Part shown: positions 49,402-57,793 of the stretch, piece after piece
Numbering within the stretch: the first letter of the stretch is position 1
Layout: every line of letters begins with the position of its first letter
Source of the DNA: Candidatus Latescibacterota bacterium
GTDB taxonomy: Bacteria; Latescibacterota; UBA2968
Assembly: GCA_965116885.1 (NCBI GenBank)
Contig: OZ220741.1
Coordinates: 3,328,001 to 3,392,000, forward strand
DNA length: 64,000 bases
Direction: 5' to 3'
Notes under the pieces: generated by a model
Told to the model about the DNA's origin: nothing
Databases searched by the model: none
What the model saw: only the letters and a program-made list of their open reading frames with translations
Translations under genes and position numbers: made by a program

Positions 49402-51600
49402 ATGGAGGAAGACATGATTGGACCGCGGTTGAGTGATGAAGCGTTTTTTGAAGCGCTTGATTTGTCGCGTGAGGATATGAGAGCTGTGAAAAGGGCGGTA
49501 GAGACGCGAGATTGGACAGGGGCGCGGCGTGCGTTTGCAGAACACGTTCGCACGCGGGAATATCCGAGATGGTTTTCGGATTGGCGAAATCGGTCAGAGC
49601 CACAGGATCGGGATGCAGAGGTCGAATTGGTGCGCGTGGGAGATCGCGCGATCAGAGATGTTGATCTCGAAAAGGCCGACCGCATTGTGGCAAATACGCT
49701 GATGAGCTGCGATGTGGAAGAGGCGTTTGGAGATGTGATCAATTGGGAATTGGATCCGATCAATTACAGGGAATGGACGTGGCAGTTGTCGCGCCATCCC
49801 TTTTGGGTCACGCTGGGGCAGGCGTATTGGAAAACGGGCGATGAAAAATATGCCAGAGCATTCAAGAGGCAGATGCGGCACTGGATTGAACATGTGCTGA
49901 TGCCAGTGGGTGAAGATGGCAATACCTGGAAAGACGATGCAGAGATGGGTACGGATCGCACGAATTGCTGGCGCACGATTGAATGTGGGATCCGGATGGG
50001 GCAGACGTGGCCCGCAGCGTTTTACTATTTTCTTTCGTCTGAAACATTTGGAGATGACGATGTGTGTTTGATGGTGAAGAGTATGGTCGAACACGCGCGA
50101 CATCTCACGCTATGGCCGCGCGGTGGCAACTGGCAGACGATGCAGGCCAATGGGCAATATCACGTTGGGGCATTGTTTCCCGAGTTCAAAGAAGCCGCAA
50201 GCTGGCGCGAGATTGCCATGCAGTCGCTGTATGAGGAATTGGATGAGCAGGTTTATCCCGATGGCGCGCAGATTGAGTTGTCGAGTGGATATCATCAGGT
50301 GAGTTTGCGAAATTTTGTGATGGCGCTCGCGATTGCGCGGTTGAACAATTTGTCCCTGCCGGCGGATTATGTCGCAAAACTGGAGCGGATGTATCACTAC
50401 GATCTGTATTTGGCTATGCCCAATTTGCGTTTGCCCGCGCTCAATGACGGCGGCCAGACGGATATCGTGCCCTACATGCAGGGTGGGTTCAGGTTTTTCG
50501 CAGAACGGACGGATTTTCAATGGGCGGGTTTTGAGCGTGCGGAAGGAACAAAGCCACAAACTCTGTCGTGCGCTTTTCCTTATGCGGGACATTTTGTCAT
50601 GCGTTCGGGCTGGGAACCGGACGATCTCTATCTCTTTTTTGATGGCGGCCCGTTTGGCTATGGACATCAGCACGAAGATAAGCTGAATATTATGCTGTAC
50701 GCACACGGTCGCGTGCATGTGGTGGATCCGGGAAATTATCCTTATGATTCGTCGCAGTGGCGCACTTATGTGCTGTCAACCCGCGCGCACAATACGGTGA
50801 TGGTGGATGGGATGGAGCAGAATCAGCGCGGGAAATCGCGGGAGGAATACGTGGTGTCCGAGCCGCTGCCGCATACGTGGATTTCAAATGAGAGATGCGA
50901 TTATGCGTCGGCGAGTTACGATTTGGGATATGGGCCTGAGAGGGATCAGACGGTTACACATACGCGGTCGATTTTGTTTGTAAAGCCCGAGTTCTGGATT
51001 GTGACGGATATTCTCAGGCCCTCGGATGAGGCGTCTCACACGTATGAAGCGATGTTTCATCTGGATGCTGATGATGCCGAGGTGCTGGCGAATGGGCGCA
51101 GTGTTATGACAAAGAACAGTGGGGGAGAGAGCAATCTGGGCATTTATGCCATTTCGACAAAGCCGATAGATGTGCGGATTATAAGCGGACAGGAAGAGCC
51201 GACTGTGCAGGGATGGATTCCCCGAGGGGGACCCTATCAGTGCGAACCCATTCCAACGGCAATTTTTAAAACGGAAGGCGATGGTCCCACGCTGATGTCT
51301 TATGTGTTATATCCCGTGAAAGCGGGTGAAGTGTCTCCTGTGGCACATGTGGAATATATTCCCGCGGTGGGGGACAATGGGGCTGCGATTGCCGGACGGA
51401 TTGCGTTGCGCGATGGCAGGGAGATTTATTTTGTTCAATCAGAAGCAGGGGAGGGTTGGATACGCGTTTCTGATGGGGAGACCGATGTCGAAGCGGGCGC
51501 GATGGAGTTGGTTGATGGATTTGTGAATAAAATAGCTCTCGCAAATGGACAAACGGTGCAGGTATATGGGCAGGAGATTCGGGAGGGTCAGTTGGTGTAA
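49402..51600 (+). CDS. heparinase II/III-like polysaccharide lyase (no obvious signal peptide)
   Basis: EWTWQLSRH, WRTIECGIR, GNW, DGAQIELSSGYH, MRSGW, GHQHEDKL, AHNTVMVDG. Confidence 0.85.
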   Translation: MEEDMIGPRLSDEAFFEALDLSREDMRAVKRAVETRDWTGARRAFAEHVRTREYPRWFSDWRNRSEPQDRDAEVELVRVGDRAIRDVDLEKADRIVANTLMSCDVEEAFGDVINWELDPINYREWTWQLSRHPFWVTLGQAYWKTGDEKYARAFKRQMRHWIEHVLMPVGEDGNTWKDDAEMGTDRTNCWRTIECGIRMGQTWPAAFYYFLSSETFGDDDVCLMVKSMVEHARHLTLWPRGGNWQTMQANGQYHVGALFPEFKEAASWREIAMQSLYEELDEQVYPDGAQIELSSGYHQVSLRNFVMALAIARLNNLSLPADYVAKLERMYHYDLYLAMPNLRLPALNDGGQTDIVPYMQGGFRFFAERTDFQWAGFERAEGTKPQTLSCAFPYAGHFVMRSGWEPDDLYLFFDGGPFGYGHQHEDKLNIMLYAHGRVHVVDPGNYPYDSSQWRTYVLSTRAHNTVMVDGMEQNQRGKSREEYVVSEPLPHTWISNERCDYASASYDLGYGPERDQTVTHTRSILFVKPEFWIVTDILRPSDEASHTYEAMFHLDADDAEVLANGRSVMTKNSGGESNLGIYAISTKPIDVRIISGQEEPTVQGWIPRGGPYQCEPIPTAIFKTEGDGPTLMSYVLYPVKAGEVSPVAHVEYIPAVGDNGAAIAGRIALRDGREIYFVQSEAGEGWIRVSDGETDVEAGAMELVDGFVNKIALANGQTVQVYGQEIREGQLV

Positions 51601-51602
51601 GT

Positions 51603-52439
51603 TTATAGCTGTTTGATGTCGATGCCTCCGTTGAGGGTTTGGAGTTTTATATTCGGACCATTTCCGCCATTGAGGTTGCCCTTGAGGGACTTGTTAATGC
51701 GCCCACCAACGCGCCCTTTGACTTCAATTGGAAATTCTGTATCGATATGGCCTATCGTGCTTTCGGCCTGAATACGACCTTGAAAGTCTGAGGGAAGGGA
51801 TATTTGCAACCCTCCGTTTACGGCTTCTGCACGAATGTTGTCATGTATTTGCTCGGCAATTGCGATTTCAATGCTGCCATTCACGGTTTCGGCTTTTATA
51901 CCACCGATAATCTCAGTGAGATTGATTTTGCCGTTCACGGTTTCAACATCGATTGCGCCGCGTGTGCCATTGATTTTGATACTGCCATTCACGGTTTCGC
52001 TTTTTACATTGCCCGTGGTTGGGGGAATAGAGATACTTCCGTTGACTGTCTCGAGGTCCAGGCGCACGTTTTGGGGGACTGTGATTGTATAGTTTACGCT
52101 TATATTCCAGTCCTTAAACAGGTTCCACTTATTGTCGGGGCGTTTGGTGCGAATCTCGATACCGCTGTCTGTTTCTTCGATTTCGATGGTGGTGGTTTCG
52201 AGCAGTTCTTCAGCGCCTTCTTCATCGCTCGCTTTTGCTTTTTTTTCGGCGCGGACAAAGACCTGATCGCGCTCCCAGGTTTTAAGCGTGATTCCGCCAT
52301 TGCGGGCGTGTACAGAGAGCTTTTTGCCAGGGGCAAAATCGAGGGTATATTCGACGATTTCTTCGCGTTTTTCCGCGGCATTGGTCGGGAGCGTGAATAA
52401 CGTAGCAAGAAAACATATAAAAAGTAGGCGCGAGGTCAT
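51603..52439 (-). CDS. exported DUF4097 beta-strand repeat protein
   Basis: Signal peptide; repeated ETVNGSI/ETVNGKI units. Confidence 0.85.
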   Translation of the reverse strand: MTSRLLFICFLATLFTLPTNAAEKREEIVEYTLDFAPGKKLSVHARNGGITLKTWERDQVFVRAEKKAKASDEEGAEELLETTTIEIEETDSGIEIRTKRPDNKWNLFKDWNISVNYTITVPQNVRLDLETVNGSISIPPTTGNVKSETVNGSIKINGTRGAIDVETVNGKINLTEIIGGIKAETVNGSIEIAIAEQIHDNIRAEAVNGGLQISLPSDFQGRIQAESTIGHIDTEFPIEVKGRVGGRINKSLKGNLNGGNGPNIKLQTLNGGIDIKQL

Positions 52440-52492
52440 GGCAAGTTTCCTTCATAACTGTGGGTTGTGAAGCGCAACAGTAAGGTATGGGA

Positions 52493-52520
52493 TTAGACTC
52501 GTTTTTATATTAAGGGTTTC
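52493..52520 (-). promoter_or_regulatory. ECF-sigma-type promoter of the DUF4097 gene
   Basis: Minus strand GAAACC-N16-GTCTAA. Confidence 0.5.
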
Positions 52521-52578
52521 GGATTTTTGAAAGTGAAGTGAAACAATTTTTATTGAATTTGTCCAGAGAAATGCATCA

Positions 52579-54546
52579 GTGGCTACGAGAGACTTTTCCA
52601 GAGAAATAGAGGTTAGCCGTCAGCGGTATATCATGACGCCAAAAGCATTGACGGTTGGGGTTCTGGTCGTTGTTGCGGTGAATCTGTTGGCGCCGTTTTC
52701 CGAGTGGATTGTGCGATCCACGCTGTTGACGACCAATTATTTTCCACTGGGGTTGGCGGCGTTGTTCATTTTTGTGGTTGTGGTCTTGAACCCGGTTTTA
52801 AAGGCAGTGAAGCGCGAGGGGGGATTGACGGGTGATGAATTGGGCGTGGTTTATACGATGCTTTTGGCGGCGGTATCGGTGCCGACTTATGGGGTAACCG
52901 GTTATGTGATTTCCGTGTCGGCTTCGCCCTTTTATTTTGCGACAACTGAAAATGGTTGGGGCGAATTTATACACGATCATGTGCCCCTGTGGGCTGTGCC
53001 CGGAGGTGGACGCGCAGTGGCATGGTTTTTTGAGGGATTGCCGCCGGGCGCGAAAATTCCGTGGGAAGTGTGGATTATGCCGCTGTTCTGGTGGGGATCG
53101 GTGATTGTCGCGACACTGATGCTTTGCACTTGTCTTATTGCGGTATTTCGCAAGCAGTGGGTAGATAAAGAGCGGTTGAATTTTCCTCTGGTTGATGTGC
53201 CGTTGGCGATGATGGATGGCGCCGAAGATGGTCGGATTTTGCCAAAATTTATGCGTAGCCGATTGTTCTGGATCGGTTTTGCCATTGCCGCAGGCAAAAT
53301 TGCGTGGAATGTGCCGGGTTACTTTTTTGAGGCCTGGCCGAGTATTCCCGCTATTCGATTGAGCATTCCGGGCGGGCAGGTTTGGCCGGGTGTTTCGTCA
53401 AATTTCTCGCTGCCTCTGGTGGGGATTACGTATTTTGTCAATGTGGATGTGATTTTCAGTGTGTGGTTTTTCAATTTGTTTAATATGGCTGAGATCGCGC
53501 TGTTTAATCGCACGGGATTTACCATTGGCACATCAGAGGTTTATTCGGTGAGTCCGGCGGCGTTGGGATGGCAGGGGTTTGGGGCGTTTGTGGCGATTGT
53601 GCTGGGCGGTGTTTGGGTTGCGCGCGAACATTTGCGCGGGGTGTGGCGAACCGCGTTGGGACAAGAAAATGGCGTTTCAGATGGCGATGAGATCATGGGC
53701 TATCGCACGGCGCTGATAGGGATTGCGCTCGGGGTTGTGTACATTTTTTTGTGGTTGACGCGCATTGGTATCCACCCCGGTGTGGCTTTGCTGCTTCTTT
53801 TTGCGGTTATTACGCTTTATCTGGGTCTGACGCGCATTGTCATTGAGGGGGGGCTGGTTTTTGTGCGGGGACCTCTCGTGCCGCAGGCTTATGCGATGCA
53901 TCTCATTGGTCCGGCAGATTTGACGGGTTCGACGATGACAGGGCTGGGCTTATCTTACGGGTGGGCGTGCGATCCCATTGCTACATTTATGCCTTTTGGG
54001 GCGAATGCCGCGCGCGTACACAGCGAGCGTCGTTTTCCTCAAGGCGTTTATCTCACTGCGGTTGGATTGGCACTGGGTATTAGTCTGATTGTATCTTTTT
54101 ATTTTTCACTCAAGCTGGCGTATGCTTCGGGTGCGTACAATTTTGGCGAGTGGGTCTTTCGCCGCGGAGGACAGGTGCCTTATGATACGGTTGTGGCGAA
54201 AATTAAGGCGGCAGAGACGCTCAAATTTGGTCATTTTGCGTTTTTGGGTATTGGCGCGCTTGTGACAGTTTTGCTGACGTATTTGCGCCATCGGTTCGCC
54301 TGGTGGCGCTTGCATCCTATCGGGTTTTCAATTGCTTCTGTGGGACAAGTGCGATGGACCCTGTTGTCGCTTTTTGTCGCCTGGGCGATTAAAACACTTT
54401 TGATTCGCTTTGGCGGTTTGATGCTTTACAATGGCGCAAAGCCCTTTTTTGTCGGTCTGGTAGTGGGGCACTTTTCCGGCGCTGGTATATCGTTTATCAT
54501 TGATGCGTTGTGGTTTCGCGGACATGGACACAGTTTGTATTTTTGA
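52579..54546 (+). CDS. polytopic membrane protein, DUF6785/DUF6784-like putative transporter
   Basis: Many TM segments; RKQWVDKERLNFPL, TRIVIEGG, WWRLHPIGF, KPFFVGL. Confidence 0.7.
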   Translation: MATRDFSREIEVSRQRYIMTPKALTVGVLVVVAVNLLAPFSEWIVRSTLLTTNYFPLGLAALFIFVVVVLNPVLKAVKREGGLTGDELGVVYTMLLAAVSVPTYGVTGYVISVSASPFYFATTENGWGEFIHDHVPLWAVPGGGRAVAWFFEGLPPGAKIPWEVWIMPLFWWGSVIVATLMLCTCLIAVFRKQWVDKERLNFPLVDVPLAMMDGAEDGRILPKFMRSRLFWIGFAIAAGKIAWNVPGYFFEAWPSIPAIRLSIPGGQVWPGVSSNFSLPLVGITYFVNVDVIFSVWFFNLFNMAEIALFNRTGFTIGTSEVYSVSPAALGWQGFGAFVAIVLGGVWVAREHLRGVWRTALGQENGVSDGDEIMGYRTALIGIALGVVYIFLWLTRIGIHPGVALLLLFAVITLYLGLTRIVIEGGLVFVRGPLVPQAYAMHLIGPADLTGSTMTGLGLSYGWACDPIATFMPFGANAARVHSERRFPQGVYLTAVGLALGISLIVSFYFSLKLAYASGAYNFGEWVFRRGGQVPYDTVVAKIKAAETLKFGHFAFLGIGALVTVLLTYLRHRFAWWRLHPIGFSIASVGQVRWTLLSLFVAWAIKTLLIRFGGLMLYNGAKPFFVGLVVGHFSGAGISFIIDALWFRGHGHSLYF

Positions 54547-54560
54547 ATAGGAGATTTGTG

Positions 54561-55985
54561 ATGAATGTAATTTGTATTTGTCTGGATACATTCCGTGCTG
54601 ATATAGTCGGTCCAAATCAGAAGATGAGTTTTGTCGAGACGCCGAATATGGATGCATTTGCCGCAGAGTCCGTGGTGTTTGAGCGGGCTTTTGGGGAATG
54701 CCAGCCGACATTGCAGACGCGTCGGGGTTTGTTTACGGGGCGGCGCACCTTTCCCTGGCGATACAATTTTGATCGGCGCGGACACTGGCATCACGCGCCC
54801 GGTTGGCACAAAATTCCGCCGGAGCAAGATACGCTCGCTGAAATTCTGGTTGCAAATGGGTATATGACCGGGTTGGTCGCCGACACGTATCACATGTTTA
54901 AGCCGACGATGAATTATACGCGCGGATTTGTGACTTATGATTTTATTCGCGGGCAGGAGAGCGACAACTGGCGGTTTGGCTCGCGGGAAGCGATTGAAGA
55001 TTTGTTGCGTCCGCATGTGCGTGAACCGATCAACTGGGGTCGGCATGTCGGGTTGATGCAGTATATGTTCAATCAGAAGTTTCGGCAACGCGAGGAGGAT
55101 TACAGTTGTGCGCGTGTGTTTCGGCGCGCAGCAGATTGGTTGAGCGAGAATGCACGCAATGCGCCGTTTTTTTTATGGATTGATTCTTTTGATCCGCACG
55201 AGCCATGGGATCCGCCGAGGGAATATGCAGATCGGTATATGCCCGATTGGGATGGGAAGGATTTTATTACACCTGGAGCTGGAAATGAAGGCGGTGGGGT
55301 GAGCGATGCGGAGAAAGAGCGGATCAAGGCGCTTTATTTTGGCGAGGTCACGCTGGTGGATCGCTGGGTGGGGCACTTGCTGGATCGGGTCGATGATCTG
55401 GGTTTAAAAGGCGATACGATTGTGATGTTGATGTCAGATCACGGCACGCAGGTACTGGATCACGGACAATTTGGCAAAGGACCAGATCGCCTGCATCCGT
55501 ATAACACGCGATTGAACTGGATGGTGCGGCATCCCGATGTGTGCAAGCGCGTTTCGGGTTTTGTGCAGGCGCACGATTTGTTGCCCACTGTGTTGGGCTT
55601 GCTGGGTATTCCCTGCCAGGCTGTGGATGGGACAGATGTTTGGCCGCTGGTGACGGGAGAGGTGGATGCCGTGCGGGATCACGTTGTGATTGGGTGGGCC
55701 AGTTTTTCAACCGGGCCAGCTACGGGCAGGGCGTCAGTGCGCGATGACCAGTGGAATTATACGGTGAGTTTGAATGATGTGAACAATGAAGAACTCTTTG
55801 ACCTTGCAGCCGATCCCGATGAGCATACCAATGTCGCCGCGGATCACCCCGATGTGGTGGCTTTGCAAAGATCGCGCATCCAGGCGGTGATTCACCAACC
55901 CCTGCCCGCTACGTTTAACGAAGTGTGCGACCATGCGCCCTCACCGAGTGCTATGTTTGTGCAGGGGAGAAGAAGAATGCGTTAA
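54561..55985 (+). CDS. sulfatase-fold (alkaline phosphatase superfamily) hydrolase with Thr at the catalytic position
   Basis: [49 protein letters not shown]. Confidence 0.82.
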   Translation: MNVICICLDTFRADIVGPNQKMSFVETPNMDAFAAESVVFERAFGECQPTLQTRRGLFTGRRTFPWRYNFDRRGHWHHAPGWHKIPPEQDTLAEILVANGYMTGLVADTYHMFKPTMNYTRGFVTYDFIRGQESDNWRFGSREAIEDLLRPHVREPINWGRHVGLMQYMFNQKFRQREEDYSCARVFRRAADWLSENARNAPFFLWIDSFDPHEPWDPPREYADRYMPDWDGKDFITPGAGNEGGGVSDAEKERIKALYFGEVTLVDRWVGHLLDRVDDLGLKGDTIVMLMSDHGTQVLDHGQFGKGPDRLHPYNTRLNWMVRHPDVCKRVSGFVQAHDLLPTVLGLLGIPCQAVDGTDVWPLVTGEVDAVRDHVVIGWASFSTGPATGRASVRDDQWNYTVSLNDVNNEELFDLAADPDEHTNVAADHPDVVALQRSRIQAVIHQPLPATFNEVCDHAPSPSAMFVQGRRRMR

Positions 55986-56653
55986 ACCACCACAGGGTCG
56001 CTATTTTTTGCGGCTTGCCAGGCGCGCCAGTCGTTGAGGAAGCGTTCCAGACCGATGTCGGTTAAGGGGTGCGCGAGTAACTTGCTCAATACATCGGGCG
56101 GAAGGGTCGCAACATCTGCGCCGGCGAGGGCGCATTCGACGACGTGTTTGGGCGAGCGCAAACTCGCGGCCAGCACCTGGGTTTCAAATCCATAATTGTC
56201 GTAAATCTGGCGAATTGTTTGAATTAATTCCATGCCGTCTTGGCCCAAATCATCCAGGCGGCCAATGAAAGGGCTGATATAAGTCGCGCCTGCTTTGGCG
56301 GCCATCAGTGCCTGATTTGCGGAGAAGCACAGCGTTACATTTACGCGAATCCCTTCATCCGAGCACGTTTTGATCGCTTTTAGACCATCTGGCGTAATCG
56401 GAATTTTCACCACGACCTGTTCGTGGATCGCGGCATTTCGGCGCGCTTCGGCGATCATGCCTTCGGTGTCGGTGCTGACCACTTCTGCACTTACTGGTCC
56501 ATCTACAATTCCGCAAATTGCGCGAATGATGTCTTCAAATTCCCCTTCTTCCTGCGACATAAGAGAGGGATTTGTCGTCACGCCATCCAGCACACCCATG
56601 GCCTGGGCTTCGCGGATTTCGTCTAAATTGGCTGTATCGATAAAGAACTTCAT
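55982..56653 (-). CDS. transaldolase (FSA/TalC type)
   Basis: [37 protein letters not shown]. Confidence 0.93.
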   Translation of the reverse strand: MKFFIDTANLDEIREAQAMGVLDGVTTNPSLMSQEEGEFEDIIRAICGIVDGPVSAEVVSTDTEGMIAEARRNAAIHEQVVVKIPITPDGLKAIKTCSDEGIRVNVTLCFSANQALMAAKAGATYISPFIGRLDDLGQDGMELIQTIRQIYDNYGFETQVLAASLRSPKHVVECALAGADVATLPPDVLSKLLAHPLTDIGLERFLNDWRAWQAAKNSDPVVV

Positions 56654-56717
56654 GTATGTCTCCTTTTTATAAATGTACGAGCAACAAAGATGAACAACTG
56701 GCGTCCCTTAGACAGTT

Positions 56718-56745
56718 TATCCGCGCAATCCGCATCATCCGCGAT
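56718..56745. repeat. short degenerate ATCCGC(G) tandem repeat
   Basis: atccgcgca-atccgcatc-atccgcgat abutting the prenyltransferase stop codon. Confidence 0.55.
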
Positions 56746-57792
56746 CTAAAATACGCGCTCGACTAAAAATGAACACATTTCTCTGAGTATTTCTCTCGAT
56801 TCCGACGGGGGCAACTGGGCGAGGCGCGCTTCGGCAGATTCGGCGCGCGTCTGACAAGCCCGTTGCGCTTTTTCAATTGCGCCATATCTTCCCATCAGGT
56901 CAATTACCCACTCGATGTCTTCTTCCGATGTTGCATCTCGATCTCGATCCAGTATTTCGCGCACCTTTTGATTTTCTTCTGGCGTACAGTGGTTGAGCAA
57001 ATCGATGACCATCAAGGTGCGCTTGCCCTCGGCGATGTCCCCGCCGCGCTCTTTGCCATACCCCCCGGATGTCGTCGTGGGGGCTAATGTTGCATCGGTA
57101 TCTTCAACAACGATATTGAGCAGGTCGTCGCGAATTTGAAATGCAACAGCTATGGCCTCGCCAAAATCGCCAATCGCCCGTTTCATGTCATTGCCAGCAC
57201 CTGCAATAATCGCGCCCATAGTACAGGGACCGCGACCGCTATACCATCCCGTTTTGCGCCGCAGCATGTCAACAAAGTCGCGTACATCGGGAATGACTTC
57301 GGACTCGATCCAACCGATATCATAAGCCTGTCCTTCAAATGTTATTTGCGCGCCCTGGATCATTTCACAAAGCAAATCGAGCGTTGTTGTTTCCCCTAAT
57401 ATTTCGCGATTTGCATATAATATTTCAAATACTTTGGAATAGAGTGCGTCGCCCACGTTAATGCTCAGTGGGATCCCGTGTATCAGGTGCAAACACGGTT
57501 TTCCGCGCCGCATCAAAGAGGCATCCTCTATATCGTCGTGTACCAGGGCAAAGGACTGAAATAACTCAAAAGCAGCAGCCGTTCGCAACCCTACATTGGG
57601 ATCACCGCCAAATGCTTCAATGCCCAGCAGCACCAGTGCCGATCTGAACCGCTTGCCGCCGCGCTGGGGATAATCGCGCATAGGGGCGTATAAAAAATCA
57701 ACTGGATCTTGATCTTTTGGCAAGAACTGATACATTTCCTCGTCGATACGAGGCACCCAGGTTTCCAAATAGTTTTTTAATCGCGTTTCCAT
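56746..57792 (-). CDS. short-chain trans-isoprenyl diphosphate synthase, type I (archaeal-like) GGPP synthase
   Basis: GGKRFR, FARM DDIED with Phe five residues upstream and no insertion, MRRG, GQAYD, KT, SARM DDLLN, DIAEGK. Confidence 0.85.
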   Translation of the reverse strand: METRLKNYLETWVPRIDEEMYQFLPKDQDPVDFLYAPMRDYPQRGGKRFRSALVLLGIEAFGGDPNVGLRTAAAFELFQSFALVHDDIEDASLMRRGKPCLHLIHGIPLSINVGDALYSKVFEILYANREILGETTTLDLLCEMIQGAQITFEGQAYDIGWIESEVIPDVRDFVDMLRRKTGWYSGRGPCTMGAIIAGAGNDMKRAIGDFGEAIAVAFQIRDDLLNIVVEDTDATLAPTTTSGGYGKERGGDIAEGKRTLMVIDLLNHCTPEENQKVREILDRDRDATSEEDIEWVIDLMGRYGAIEKAQRACQTRAESAEARLAQLPPSESREILREMCSFLVERVF

Positions 57793-57793
57793 T

